A stretch of DNA of 64,000 nucleotides from the human T2T-CHM13v2.0 reference genome, Homo sapiens. The translations under genes and the position numbers were made by a program. The DNA lies in NCBI RefSeq assembly GCF_009914755.1, contig NC_060928.1; one strand, 5' to 3'. Shown one piece after another: positions 37,666-53,059 of the stretch (its first letter is position 1; each line of letters starts with the position of its first letter). The notes beneath the pieces were generated by a model. The model saw nothing but the letters and a program-made list of their open reading frames with translations. It searched no databases and was not told the DNA's origin.

Positions 37666-40105
37666 ATGAATACCCAGTGGTCCAGGACAAGGTCGGCAAA
37701 CTGGGCAACATACATATTTTTCCGTAGATATGTGGTCACAGATCATTTTTTAAAGTTCACTTTCAAAATCCTCTTCTTCATGATGTCATCTCTAAAACTG
37801 ATCTGCCTGAGAATGGAGATGCAATATAGGCTTTTCTTTCCCACCTCTCCTTTCACTGTCTCTACTCCATACCCCACTCCTTTTCTGGGTTCTACTATGG
37901 TGCCTTGTCTCTGGTTGGTAAAATTTCTTGAATTCCAAGCAAAAAAAAAAAAGAAAAAAACAGTATCAGGAACAAATCCTTTTGAAAATCAAATGGTTTA
38001 TAAATTCTTTGATTTTATCAATACTGAGGAAGGGCTTAATCAATATAACATGTGTTAGATAACTAGGTATTACATTTGATGATTTATTGTTATGTGATTT
38101 TTGGCATTCTTAGTAGTTCAACAGACTGACAGACATGCCTATAACAAGACTCCTTCCATTCTCTTCTACTTTCTTATTCTTATGTCTGTAAGATGGATAA
38201 TGAGGATAGAAATGACATGAACCTATGTTAATTTTAGCAATAATTCAAATGTGAATCAGAAAAATAACTGAAAATATGTTTGTATCTTACACTGTGATAT
38301 ATTCCAATAAAATGATACCTTTGTACTTGATAATTACTAATCCAATCACATTTAGAATAATTACTGATCTAATCATATTTAGAATATGTTTATCTATTTT
38401 GATTAACTGTAAACTGCTAATAATTGCAATAAGTCATTATAGTAGGAAACAATACTTAAAGCTTAATGGTCACAAAAATAATTTGTGTAAGTAAAACATG
38501 TCTTCTTCTGGACAAATAACACATTTATTTATCAGAAATTAAATCATTTATAATTATTGAATTTATGGTAAAATTCATTGATTTCATATTAACAAATGTT
38601 GAAGTTATAGAATTTTTTATAATTATTTTAGAAGATTCACAAGCAAAGCCGCTTGTGGGTAACTGGTAGAGGAGTGTGGCAGAATGTGTGGACTAGGGAC
38701 ATGAAGTAAACTTGTAAACTTGCCCAGCAAAACATAAGACTCACTTGAGGTTAAAGGGCATGAATGTAAGGGAAGTCTACTTAGCATGGTTTTATGTTTT
38801 TCTTCCATCATGTTCAGTTGCGTAGGTACACACATGGAGTATAAATAGTACTGCATTTTAACAGGATGGTTAGGCCAAAGAAATTGAGGATGTATGAATA
38901 AAGCGGTATGGTGATGTACCATGGAATTTATGCTGTGCAAAGAGGGAAGGAAGACAGGTAATAGGTAAGAACCACTGAAACAACTGATTTCATCAATGAA
39001 TTGTAGCTCTCTTCAAGGTAGAAAAATTATTGCAATCTGGAACCTCTGATAATGAGCATGTCAACACTGGAATGTCTGAAATTGCAGTATTTGCATGAGT
39101 TGCAGTTATGAAAACAAGATCCAAATTTTACTGATTTCATAGTATTTTGTCTTTTTCTCTCGATTAGAATGCAGAATATGTTAGGGCAGGTATTTTTGTC
39201 CCTCCTCCCCATCTGCTGCATTCTCAGTGCTTGATTGATTCAGAGAAGCTGCACAATGGATCTTTGCTGAAATCTTTGTTGAAAGATGAATGAAGAGTGT
39301 ATGACTATGGGAAATAATGGCTGAAATTGGGTAGATGAAGAGTTCATAATTCTAGGAGACTGGGCTTAAGAACGGGGGAGGTATGAGAGAGAATTTGAAT
39401 AAATCAGGAAACAAAATTTTTAAAAATTGAGAAGGTGTGAGGGACATGATGGACAACTACAAAGATGAGGAGCGGTTGGTGTGATCTGATGTTACGAGTT
39501 TCAAAGCTGTGGGTGGATTACAGAGGTAGGAGGCAGAATAATCTGAAAAATAAAGAAGCAGCCTGAAGAAAATCTATGCTGCCTACAAGTGCAAGGAGAA
39601 TAGGGGGATCGGAGAGAAAACAGCTGCCATTTGAGAGAATCGTGGGAGAAGCTGTGACTTCAAGCAGGAGCCAGATTTCAGCTAGAGCTCATGGAGAAGA
39701 ACATTTACAAAGGAGAAGTTGAGATATTGCAGATAACTGATCTGAAATTTCAGAGGAGAGAATGAAATGGTTTTAGAAATTCAGCAGGAAATTGGGGATT
39801 CTTAGATAATGAATTCTTTCATAACTCTTGAATTTGACGAGATTAAGCTCTGGATGAATGATTACTAAAATGACCTATATATTTTCTAATACAATTTTAT
39901 AATTATTTTCAGTGATTAAAGATAAATTTTATCAGTGCATTGCCTTTGATATTTATTTTAGATGGAATTAATCATACATCATTTTCTGTGGTGTATTTCT
40001 TTAAATAATTATAGACTATAGATGTAAAATGATATAGTTCATAGGACAATTTTAATAGATTATAGCTATAGAATGCTATGAAGATACAGTTTAGAAAACA
40101 TTTTA

Positions 40106-40437
<332 letters not shown>

Positions 40438-40506
40438 TTACATATAGGTGTATGAATATATAATTCATAGTTAATCTCTATATTACATTATTACATAGTT
40501 AATTAC

Positions 40507-40788
40507 TTTTTTTTTTTTTGAGATGGAGTCTTGTTCCTGGAGTGCAGTGGCGTGCTCTTGGTTCACTGCAACCTCTGCCTCTCAGGTTCAAGCGATTTTC
40601 CTGCTTCAGCCTCCTGAGTAGCTGGGACTACAGGCATGTGCCATCATGCCCGGCTGATTTTTGTATTTTTTGTAGAGATGGGGTTTCACCATGTTGGTCA
40701 GGCTGGTCTCGAACTCCTGACCTTGTGATCTGCCTGCCTTGGCCTCCCAAAGTGCTGGGATTACAGGCCTGAGCCACCGCAACCGGCC
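40507..40788 (-). mobile_element. AluSg-like
   Basis: Alu dimer with small deletion; TSD ACATAGTTAATT at 40493-40504 and 40789-40800. Confidence 0.94.
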
Positions 40789-41227
40789 ACATAGTTAATT
40801 TCCATGTATACAATTAATAGTTATTTCTATATCCACACTACAAAAGAGGTAAATACAAGTATAAAATTTTAAAAATGTCTGTTCTATGCAATGACATTTA
40901 AAATTCTTGTTGATTATAGTTTTTGGTCTTAGTGCAGTCAGTTTCCACTTCATAAATACTGTCTTGCCTAGCTTGTGATGGTTCACAAGTTTTACATGCC
41001 CCACATAATGAATCATTGATATTTTCTTAGTACATTGGGCAACTTTTGAAGCTTTTGCATAACTTTTATTTTTATGTATTATCAGAAAGAGCAGGTTACT
41101 GGTTTAGTGGTGCCCTAGTGATATTGAAATTATTTTTATTTAAGCCTTTATTCTCTCCACTGGGAAATCTTCTTAAATTTAGTTTTGATTGTGTCTTCAT
41201 TGTCTTCTGTATTGTTCACATGACATG

Positions 41228-41487
41228 ATAGTAATAATGATAATACTTACATAGCACTTATTCTAGGCCTGTAAATCTAAGCACTATACAGATGTTAACT
41301 TGTTCAAGTCACATATCAAGTACATGTGATAGGTTCTATTATTATCTTCCCCCACCCTTATATAAATAGAGGAGAAAACTGAGACATAGAGTGAGTAACT
41401 TGGTTAAGGTCACAAATTGTTATATGTCAGAACTAGGATTCAAACCCTAGGGTCACACTGCAGAGACTATACCTTTAACTATACTGT
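41228..41487 (-). mobile_element. MIR SINE, near full length
   Basis: GAGAAAACTGAGACATAGAG..GTAACTTG..AAGGTCACA..GGATTCAAACCC. Confidence 0.8.
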
Positions 41488-42608
41488 CTCTATAGGGTAC
41501 ATAGCTGGTAAATATTTTGTAGTAAATGATGGTGAAAGAAAGGACTCTTATTGATCTTTTCTCTTAATAAATATTTAGCAGGCACCTACAGTGTCAAATG
41601 CTCTGTTTTACATTTAATAAAACAGAAATGGCTTCATGAAGCCTGGAATCAAGTGAGAGAAACAGAAATATAATTTGCACGTGCAATTGCAATATTGTAA
41701 GTACTAAGAACAAAAAGAATGAGGTATTATAACACGCCCTTCTTTGGACTGTGTGGGTAGGCCCTTTTTGAGGAATTGGTATTTAAGACTTGAACAATGA
41801 TGAGAAGGAGGCAGCCAGGTCATGAATAAGAGAAGAGTTCCTAGCAGAAGAAATAGTATTTAAGAAGAACAGGATTTCTGGAGCTTATAGAAAGGGTGCC
41901 CTTATTTTGTCTTTCACTTGAATCCAAACAGGAAACAGATGACATACCAAAAAGTAAAATATTTTATGGGGATTCATTTATAAAGAAAGCTGGATACAGG
42001 CATTATTTAAGGGATGGTGTAGAAACTTGGGGTGAGCGTTAGAAGAGCTAGTATGTACTACCCCAGGGCCTGAAGGAGAAGCAAGTTGTTGGAGCTGAGA
42101 AGGAGAGGGTTATAGAGGGCAGACTTCCTTATGAGAGCCTTATGAATCTCTTCAGTTGAGGGTCACACTCAGCTAGAGCAAATCCAAATAAAGGGAAACA
42201 GGAAAATAGATTCCTGACCCTGCTTTACCTTCTGCCCTTTCATCTCCTAATGAGGCTGATCATCTATTGCCTAAACACAAAGGGAAAGGGTATGAGAGCC
42301 CACTGATTAACCCATTCAGTTCAGTCTCCCGGGACGGAGTGTAGAGCGCAAGGTCAAAGAGGTTTTGGATATCCATTAGAATTTTTGGCCGCTGAACGAT
42401 CATGCTATGCCTTTAGTTCATGTTATAGAATCTTTTATTTTAGGCAAAATGGGGAATCTTTGAAGTGGTGTGCTTTTGGAACAGGGAGATTATAATACTT
42501 TTATGAGGTGGATTTTGCTTTGAAAATGGCACACATTGTAGAGGCAATTGCACAAATGGAGTGGGGAGATACAAAGTTATTTGGTAGTTTATATGGTGGC
42601 TTTGATTA

Positions 42609-42968
42609 CAGATGCTTCTCAACTTACGATGGGGTTACATCCCATAAAGCCACCATAAATTGAAAGTATCCTAATTCGAAAATACATTTAATCCACCTAA
42701 CCTGCCAAACATCATAGCTTAGCCTAGCCTACCTTAAATGTGCTCAGACACTTATATTAGTTTACAGTTAGCAAAATCATCTAACACGAAGCCTATTTTA
42801 TAATAAAGTTTGAGTATCTCATGTAATTTATTGAATACTGAACTGAAATTGAAAAACAGAATGTTGTATAGGTACTTGAAGTACGACTTCTACTGAGTGT
42901 GTATTGTTTTTGCTTTATATTATATAGAAAAATCTTAAGTCAAACCATCGTAAGTCGGGGACCATCTG
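42609..42968 (+). mobile_element. MER47A-like TcMar-Tigger element
   Basis: TIRs CAGATGCTTCTCAACTTACGATGG and CCATCGTAAGTCGGGGACCATCTG, with TA TSD on both sides. Confidence 0.88.
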
Positions 42969-44783
42969 TAGTGTGGTTGCAAATCTGTTTAAAAGGTATA
43001 AATAACAGGACTTGATTATAGATTTTATGAATAGCTTGGATTGAAAGGTCACAGTGACTCTCGTGTATCTGACTCACATAAGTAGATAGGTGTTGGTGCC
43101 ACAAACTGCCACAGAAAAAAAATTCTATGAACAGAATGAGTTAAGGATGTTGACCAATAATTTAGTTTTACACATGAAATATTCAAGTGGAAGTGTCAGC
43201 AGGTTGAATATACAGATTTAAACTGGTGTGATCCAGAGGCATACATTTGGGAGCCCTCTGCAACTAGATTTAAAGTTATGTAATCATGATATCATTTAAG
43301 CTAAGAGTGCATTGAGGGACTAGAAAGAAGAAACGACTAAACCTTGTAAAACTTACACATTCAGAGAAGGCTAGTTAGAGAAGAAGTCAGCAAAGGAATC
43401 CAATGTTAGGACTAAGCTCGCACTTGTGTTATCCCACTTAGATTATAATAATTCTGTGAGGTGGGTATTATAATATTTTGAATCAGGATCTGAGAATCAG
43501 ATTAATCATCCTGGCTTTGATTTTTGCCTCACTCCAAAACCATGCATTTTTCATGACACCAGGTTGTCTGTTACAAATTATAAATACTTGTGGAAGTCAA
43601 CATCTTCCTAGAATAGTGATAGAAAGCAAGCATTAAAAAAAACATAATATGAATAAGGGAAGTAGTTTTAAACACTGCTTAATTTGTAAATTACTTCTGT
43701 GATGTATAAATTAAATTATAATTGACTATCCTTGTTTTCCAGAGTTAGTTGGAATGATATGGTTTTAAATCTTTTAAATAGGCTAACTCATGTAACTAAA
43801 ACAAATTTTAAAATAAATTTTTCCACAGAGGTGCCACCAATTTGGTTTTACCTCCTAATGGATAAAAGCTTAATTTCAGCCCTGATCTGGATCTATGAAG
43901 AGCTTTGGTACTTACTTCCAACAGCTTGTTCCTAAGAACTGAGTGTGTAATTTATTAATAGAGACTAGAGAGTAGGTGTTTGAAATGTACAGTTGAAAAC
44001 AAGTCTTGACATTTAAACTTCATCACATAAAAATATGAAATCCATTATTTTCTACTAGGATATTAACAATAGAGTTTTAAACATCTTTTGTAATAGCACA
44101 GTTTCATAACTAGTCCATTAACTACATGATAACTGTCATGAACTCAAATAAGTGTCCATAATGATCAGTGAGTGCTTCCACTTAAGTGTCCATATACTTA
44201 GGAGGGTGAAGCACCTTTCAGTTGGTAATAATACAGTGACTATAATAAGTTCTGAGCAGAAAATATTAATGAATCTGTGGCTTTGTCTTGATTTGAGGTA
44301 TTAGGATAGAAAATATCATCTCAAACTTTTCAAAGTTGGTTACATTTCTAGACATTATAATTTGCCATGTGAAAATCATCTATGCATTATTAATATCTTA
44401 CTTATATTTTAATCTTATAAAGGCTAAATATATATCTTTATATAAGGATATATAGATAGGATAGTTATCCTATAGATATCCATATAAAGATACATAGATA
44501 GGACTGTTTCTATTTACACATTTCATGATATTAGACTTCCAGCATGTTTGTGTAGCAGACAGTATTTGGGCTGAAAAGAGCAAATTTGTTTCCAATAAAT
44601 ACTATATCTTTCTACTTAACATAGGATGATAAGTAGAATTATTACATGAAATATTTGCTTGGAGTATGGACAGAATTTGTACTTTAAATTTGCATTGAAA
44701 GATTTTTATATATTCATTTGTAAATTTAGCATTAATTTTTTTTGGATTGTAGTTTAACTTTCGCCATAACTTCTAAAATCTCC

Positions 44784-44818
44784 ATTCATTCATTCATTTA
44801 TTCATTCATTCATTCATT
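44784..44818. repeat. (ATTC)n repeat, likely an L2 3' tail
   Basis: CATT repeats followed by L2-like CTATGTGCCAG. Confidence 0.75.
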
Positions 44819-45584
44819 CTGCCTTCTATGTGCCAGATATTCTTCTACCTCTGAATAATATAGTTTTTTATTAAAAAACAGCTAAAGCCTCCTCTCTCAT
44901 GAAGCTTACAGTAATGAAGAATGAGAAATAATATAAGTAAATAAATTTTAATGTTGCTATTATAAATGTTTTCCCAGAAAAAATGAAATGATACAGTTGA
45001 GTGACAATTTATATTATTCTAATAATTTAAGCTTCTTAAAATTTGATCTAGCTGATACAGTTGAAACTCGGCATTTGTTATGTATATAAGCTGCATCCCA
45101 AAAACAAGTGTTACATAGGGAAGAATAAAAACAATGAGATGTTTCCAAAGTATTGTCAGTTTATTAATTAAATATTTTTGAATTGGTATTAATACATTAT
45201 AGTATGAACTGCTTATTACAATTTTTTTATTTCTAAAACAGAGGCTGATTTTATTAAATAACATTGAGAAAAATAATGTAACTCCACTAATAGTAATTAT
45301 GATGCTTAATACTTACTTTTGGTTTTGCCAGAATAGATTTAAAATATTGATTGATGGCACTTTTATTAAATTCTACCAGATACTGAGGAGTTGTAACTCT
45401 TGGACTAATACTTTGGAAGCAAAAGATCATTTACATTTCATTAACATTTAATTATCTCAGAACATCTCTGTTCTACCAATGACTAACAGATTCAGAAAAA
45501 AACTTAAATAATCTTAACTCTTACACTATTCAAAAACACGGTTTTCTTTGAAGTGAAAACTACATTGATTGGTTTAAAAATGTG

Positions 45585-45800
45585 TAGTACAGTGGTTACA
45601 ACATGAACTTTGAAATTATACTCTCTTGGATATAAATTTGTGTGCCACCACATATTAACAATTTAAGCCTCCCAAAGCTCCATTTACCTAATATGTAAGA
45701 TGAATATATTTAATAGTACTTATAGATTAAAGTGATATCATATGAGGTAACCTATGATAACAGTGCTGGACAAAAAATAAGCTTTTAATAAATGGCAGCT
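45585..45800 (+). mobile_element. MIR SINE, diverged
   Basis: TAGTACAGTGGTTA start; AACAGTGCTGGACA..AATAAATGGCAGCT end. Confidence 0.55.
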
Positions 45801-46425
45801 TTTATTTCTGTAGTTGTTTTTAGTGTTTGTATCATAATTATTATTCTAATATAATTATATATGATATGAAATTTATAATTGTATATAACCTGTGTATATA
45901 TAGCAATTATAATCATTTTATAATTTTAATTATTATTTGAAAAATACTAAGAAAATAGATATTCTTTTTCATAATGGAATTTGTATCCATAAATTAGTTT
46001 TAAATTATATAGGGAGCATGGAATCTGCTGTCACCTGAAAATGGTTTGTGGATGTTAATGTCATCAGAACCTCAGTTGACTGATTCTTTGTTGCTTTTAC
46101 TAACATTGTGTTTAAGCATGTAGTTTCAGTTTCTTGTTGGCTTTCTTCACTAAATTCCAAGTTCCTTCAGGACTATGTCTTGCTTATGGTGGAATTCACA
46201 ATGTTTAGTAGACTTTTTTCTTACATATGAATGAATTAATCAGATATTCATCAGCATTATTTTAACATTAAAAGAAAACCTTACTACTTAATGGTGGATC
46301 AAATGTGCAAAGTTCTTTTATGAAAGGTACTTGTATACTATGTCTTAAAAAAACAATTGTGCGCAAAGGAAGGAAGAAACATGTGATGCAAATTTAGGCA
46401 ATGTTTGTTAAAATAGATATGTGAA

Positions 46426-46556
46426 ACCTGGAGCAGTGGCATGTCCCAGGGACTCAGGAGGCTGGGGCAGGATGGCAGGAGGATGGCTTGAGCACAGGAA
46501 TTTGAGGTCAGCCTGGACAACGGAGTGAGACCCCATCTTGTAGTAAATAAATAATA
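46426..46556 (+). mobile_element. FLAM-like Alu monomer
   Basis: GGAGGATGGCTTGAGCACAGGAATTTGAGGTCAGCCTGGACAAC..GAGACCCCATCT plus A-rich tail. Confidence 0.8.
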
Positions 46557-47599
46557 GATAAGTGAGTAAAATGTGTGTTTAAATTTTTATAATACCTTGC
46601 AGTGGGAAGAGGAATATGAAACATCCAAGCTAGATGTAGCATAATTACTTGTAATCCTTGACACTTTCATTTTAAAAAATCTAATACGCATTCTAGGAGT
46701 TGATTCTTTTTTTATTAAATTGAGGTTGAAAAATAAACACTCAATTTGCTTTCTGATTCTCTTTGCTTTAAGCAGAATATAATTCTTGTGCTTCTCTTAA
46801 GTTCCCAATCTATACTATCAATGCCTAACATATATCAAATGTATGCATATGCCAATAACAGACTTAAAAATATCCTTTAGTGAAAAAACCCTTAACCTAA
46901 CCAATTAGTAAGGAAAAAGTAAAGAAGGACAAAAGGACCAATTGTGATGAATGTGGTTATGACAGTGCATTTGTTTGTCGGAAAGGGTAGGTAGAGTAAG
47001 CATTGAGATTTAAGAATTTACAGAACAAATATAATACAAAAGGGAATTTGGCACAATTCATGTGATGAAAGAATACACATTTACCTGCATTTTCACCCTT
47101 GTCATTGACCACCCACAAGCTTTTTACCCTCAAGAAGAGAATAAGTCCTCTGAAATATAACTGTCCACTGGAGAGCGCAATGTATGAATGGCTCATAGCA
47201 AGAAAAAGAAAATGGTAACTATAAAATTAAATTGTAGTCATGAAAAGCAAATAGATGGAAACTGATTCCTCTCTTCAGGTTAGAGATAGAAACACTGCAG
47301 GATTTTTTTTTTTAGACTGAGCATTCTTTTCTTTCTTTCTTTTTGCCCCAGAATATCATAAATAAAACTACTGACTTATTTTCTTTATGTTTTCTCCTGC
47401 AAGTAGGATTTTTCTTTTCACATATGAGTTCCAGGCCTTTCTGAAACAGGGGACATTAATATAAGCCTAAGAGAATACTGGTCAAGATAGCCATTTGAAA
47501 TAGAAACCACTCCCTGTTTCTTGAAATTTTCTCCTGTTCAGAATGCCAGGCCAAACTGGTCACTCCTGTTCAGTTTTCTTCATTGATCTGTTTTCTCAT

Positions 47600-48520
47600 T
47601 TCACTCTGTAAATGTTTGTTGTTTGTAACAGACGTCACATTTGTCTACTCTCTAACCACTCTGCCTGGATTACCTGGTTATTTTAATTTAAATGCTCTCT
47701 AGTGAAAACTCCAAAATCTGGTCTGATTTCTGTCATTGAGTTTCAGAACTTTATATCTGATGTCCTGCATGGACAAATCTAAACTGATTTTAGACTCAAT
47801 TCCATAAATTTCTGCTTCCTCCTGTATTCTCATTTGTGGTTAATAATATCATCATCTAATGAATCTCTGAAGCTAAAAATTTCAATGTAATATAGGACTC
47901 TTATTCCCACACCTCAGTCTGTAAGTCACTACATTTTGTAGGTTCTGTTATAGAATATTTCTCTTCTAATCAGAGCTGTTATGTGTCACAGCTTTAGGTC
48001 ACATATTTATCATTTTCCTCCCACATTGTTGAACAATCTTCTAACTGAGCTGTCTGGCACTTCTCTTAACCTTTAGGAGTCCATGATCTATACTGGTATC
48101 AGTTATCTACTGAAATCTGGTTTGGCTCTGTTATTCTTCTGCTAAGATATCTCCACATGGCTCCACTGACCATCGCCTCAACTTCAAGCCCAAGTTTTTC
48201 CCTCTTTAGGAAATGGGTTCTATTCTACATGGCCAGTAAACTCTAAGACCCAGCATAAAATCATCACTTCTGTTAAGAATTCTTCTGTGAAGACTTTCTG
48301 TGACTTCATGGTCTCAGAAGACTGTGACTTCCATGAAGACTTTCCTTACACTCCTTTCTTTTATGCTCCATTACAGAACTTAACAGGCATATTATAATTT
48401 CTGTTTATAAATATTCCTTAATAAGAAAATATTTTTTGTTGAAATTATGACTTAAATTCTCTATGCATAACATAGTACCTGTTTCATAGTTGGCATTGAT
48501 TAAATATGAATTGAATGATT
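47600..48520 (+). mobile_element. L2 LINE relic
   Basis: Pyrimidine-rich L2-like body ending ..AAATATGAATTGAATGA; boundaries approximate. Confidence 0.5.
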
Positions 48521-50033
48521 TTCTTCTATTGACTTAAATTAAGTCTCTTAGAGTGGTTTTTCTACAACCTCTATGATACTATTGGCTGCTCATTTTAATG
48601 TACTCTGATTTTAAATCCCATAATCATTTACCCCCCTCTTTACCCCTGCTCCTACCTCTATGGTCATCCTGTCATTAGATTAGGGACATTAAAAGAATCT
48701 TCAGGTAGGAATATATTGGTTTGAGGTTAAGAATGGCAGAATCAAATGATTATTGACTGTTATTTTAAGCCAGGTTCAGTATTAAATGCATTAAGAATTT
48801 ACTCAATAATTCTTAGAACAGAAATAATGAATATATTTGTTTTACTAATTAAGAAAAGGAGAAATTGAGTAAATGGTTCAAGTTTATATGGTGATGATGG
48901 ACATAGCTGGAAACCAGACACATATCAGTCCAGTGCCCAAAATGTCAGTATAATAGACAACTCATCACCAATTTAAATTTGTTTCTATTTGTATTGTGAC
49001 TTCACACATAATTGAATTAACTGGGCTCTTGCTTTCCTCTCTGGTACCAGCCTTTATTCCATTTCAAGGTCATCCTCATATAATTAGAACTGATTACTTG
49101 GCAAATAAAGGATAATATTTTCACAGCTTCTTTTACCTGTACTACATAAGCACAAATGTACAGTGTTTATATGATATTAATATAATCACAAATAGCATGG
49201 GATTTGAGAATACAGTTTTGTTATCATTTTTAGTAGTATTTAGAAGTAAAATAGAATATCAAAGTTCTGTGATTTAAGAACTTGAAGTTCCACAGTTGGT
49301 TCTACTCATATTAGCCATTTAACCTTGAGCAGGTCAGTTTCATCATCTGGAAAGATGATTTTCATGATACTCCAAACTATAAATGATAGTAGACCTGAAA
49401 AGTACGAAGATTTCCTAAAAGTTTGTGGAAGAATTGAGAAGAAAGGCATATCTGAAAAAAATCACTATAAAATGCCAGTAATAATAATTATAGGCATATA
49501 ACCATGAAATTAATTCTGTATATAGTATTAAGCTAAAGATGTCACTATTTGAATAGCATATCCTGTGTACATGAAGTTGAAAACCTAGGTGAAGAGATGG
49601 AACATATTTCCATCTCTTTCCATATATGACTAACAATTCTAAATATCATTTGTAGTGTTCAAAGTCATAAGAGCTCAACATAACCAAGTGAAAAAAAACA
49701 TATATTTATGAGACTAGGGGAAGAACATTCCAGGCTGGGACAAAATTGGGGAGAAATTCTGAGAATGAGTTAGAACTGTTTTAATCTTTTTGTCTGAATT
49801 CCTTAAAGATGGGACTGTTTTCTTACTTTATAAAGATACCTTAGGAGCTTATTAAAATTAGGCTTAGTTGTCGGGAACAACATATTCTTACACTGATAAG
49901 GAAAACTTCAGGCCTTTTTTGCAGGGAGATAAGACTTAAATATCACCACAGCAAGCTGCCATTTTAGCATTCAGTGGTTAAGCCAAGGGGCAAACAGCTG
50001 GAGCAGAGCTAGCAGAAAAACAGTGGGATGTAG

Positions 50034-50399
<366 letters not shown>

Positions 50400-51232
50400 A
50401 AATGTTTTTAATATTACAAAAATCAGACAAATGAAATTCCTCATTTGTCCTCGCATGCTCTTGTTGTTCCTAAATTCCTTCAGTTGTCTAATTATGTCAC
50501 CTTTTTTTCAATCAATCAAATTATAATTGCCAGTATTAAGTATCTAGTTGTAGTGACAGAAAGGAGTGAAAGCAGTAAAAGATATATGAAACTTAATCTC
50601 CTCATTTAAAATCATGCAAATGACTGAACAATCTTACAATAAGACCATTTCTATCAGAAAAGCTAGGAAGTTTATATTAAAATACTGTTTTTAAGATTTA
50701 GATTCATTCTTTTATATGAAGCTAATACAAGATAGAATAAATCATTTTTTTTAAAAAAAAAGCAAATCTCATCAGAGGCAAAAATCAATAGTTTCATATT
50801 CAAATAAAAACAGTGCTTAAAATCAGTCCATTGTAAGTTGTTTGCTGTTTTCTAATTGTTTAGAACAACTTCCTTTTATCTTTCCCAGGTGTTTTAATGA
50901 AATAGTGACCAATTTCTGAAAATGTTTTTCTGTAATATAAACGATAGCCAAATGCCTTGGAGAATATTTTCTTTTATAATTTCTGTCTTTATAAAAAGTT
51001 AGTCTTTGTAAATTTAGATTGCTTAAAGTCTCCAAAGTTCTTAGATGAGAAGAATTGATTTTAACAATTCTGTATACTATTAATAGTAATGCTTCAGGCT
51101 CATTATAAAAACTCAAAAGGAAAATAGTTAACAAATTGTAAGTTGAAGTATTATTACCTAATAATATTATTATTGCTCAAATAATAATTTGATTATTATT
51201 GTACTTTCTTCTCTCAATTACCCTTATTTTGA

Positions 51233-51571
<339 letters not shown>

Positions 51572-52040
51572 AATATTTAGTTTTCTTGTTTGTAGCATCT
51601 ATATTATTACATAGCAATGTGTTTTAGTTAAAATATCAACTTAGTTAAAAAAATATTTTGTTAGTTTTTCTCAAAATAGCTATAGTTTCCTAATTCTTTA
51701 AAATTATTTAATATATGCCTTTGATATAAATATACTTCCCTTAAAAATTGAGAAGGTATATGTAATATAATTTCCATTAACCCAAAGAGGCTAAAATGCT
51801 GCTTTGAACCTTCTCAGATTCTCTCTACTTGTAACTTACACTCTGTTCTTACTGTCCTGTATGTGGTTTGCCAAAAATATTGACCACCTAAACCAATTTC
51901 GCTGTATTTCAATAAAACAAAACCAAGTTTTCGAATCATAACTCCAAAGTTTGAATCATAGCTCTCTCACTTAACAGCTCATGATTTAACTGCCATGAGC
52001 CTCAGTTTTCTCAATTGTAGCTAACATCAGAAGGCTTTTT

Positions 52041-53059
52041 TTTTTCTTATACTTTAATTTCTGGGATACATGTGCAGAACATGCAGGTTTGTTACATAGG
52101 TATACACGTGCCATGGTGGTTTGCTGAACCCATCAACCCGTCATCTACATTAGATATTTCTTCTATTGTTAACCTACCCCTAGCCCACCATCCCCCACCT
52201 GTGTCTATGTGTTCTCATTGTTCAATTCCCACTTATGAGTGAGAACATGCAGTGTTTGGTTTTCGGTTCCTGTGTTAGTTCGCTGAGAATGATGGTTTCC
52301 AATTTCATCTGTGTCCCTTCAAAAGACATGAACTCATCATTTTTTATGGCTGCATAGTGTTCCATGGTGTATATGTGCCACATTTTCTTTATCCAGTCTA
52401 TCACTGATGGGCATTTGGGTTGGTTCCAAGTCTTCACTATTGTGAATAGGGCTTCAATAAACATACGTGTGCATGTGTCTTTATAGGAGAATGATTTATA
52501 GTCCTTTGGGTATATACCCAGTAATGGGATTGCTGGGTCAAATGGTATTTCTGGTTCTAGATCCTTGAGGAATCTCCACACTGTCTTCCACAATGGTTGA
52601 ACTAATTTACACTCCCACCAACAGTGTAAAAGCATTCCTATTTCTCCACATCTTGTCCAGCATCTATTGTTTCCTGACTTTTTAATGATCACACCAAAAG
52701 CAATGGCAACAAAAGCCAAAACTGACAAATGGGATCTAATTAAACTAAAAAGCTTCTGCACAGCAAAAGAAACTATCATCAGAGTGAGCAGGCAACCTAC
52801 AGAATGGGAGAAAATTTTTGCAATCTATCCATCTGACAAAGGGCTAATATCCAGAATCTACAAGGAACTTAAACAAATTAATGAGAAAAAAACAACCCCA
52901 TCAAAAAATGGGCAAAGGATATGAACAGACGCTTCTCAAAAGAAGATATTTATGTGGCCAACAAACATGTGAGAAAAAGCTCATGATCACTGGTCATTAA
53001 GGAAATGCAAATTAAAACCACAATGAGATATCATCTCATGCCAGTTAGAATAGCGATCA
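52041..53059 (-). mobile_element. 5'-inverted truncated L1 (L1PA7-like)
   Basis: Minus part to 52690, plus part 52691-53059; TSD ATCA(G/A)AAGGCTTTTT at 52026-52040 and 53056-53070. Confidence 0.94.

Noticed and set aside
48284-48346. Interleaved short repeats (GAAGACT, CTGTGACTTC) as an array
   Set aside because: Irregular local slippage inside an L2 relic; no constant repeat-spacer period, not CRISPR-like
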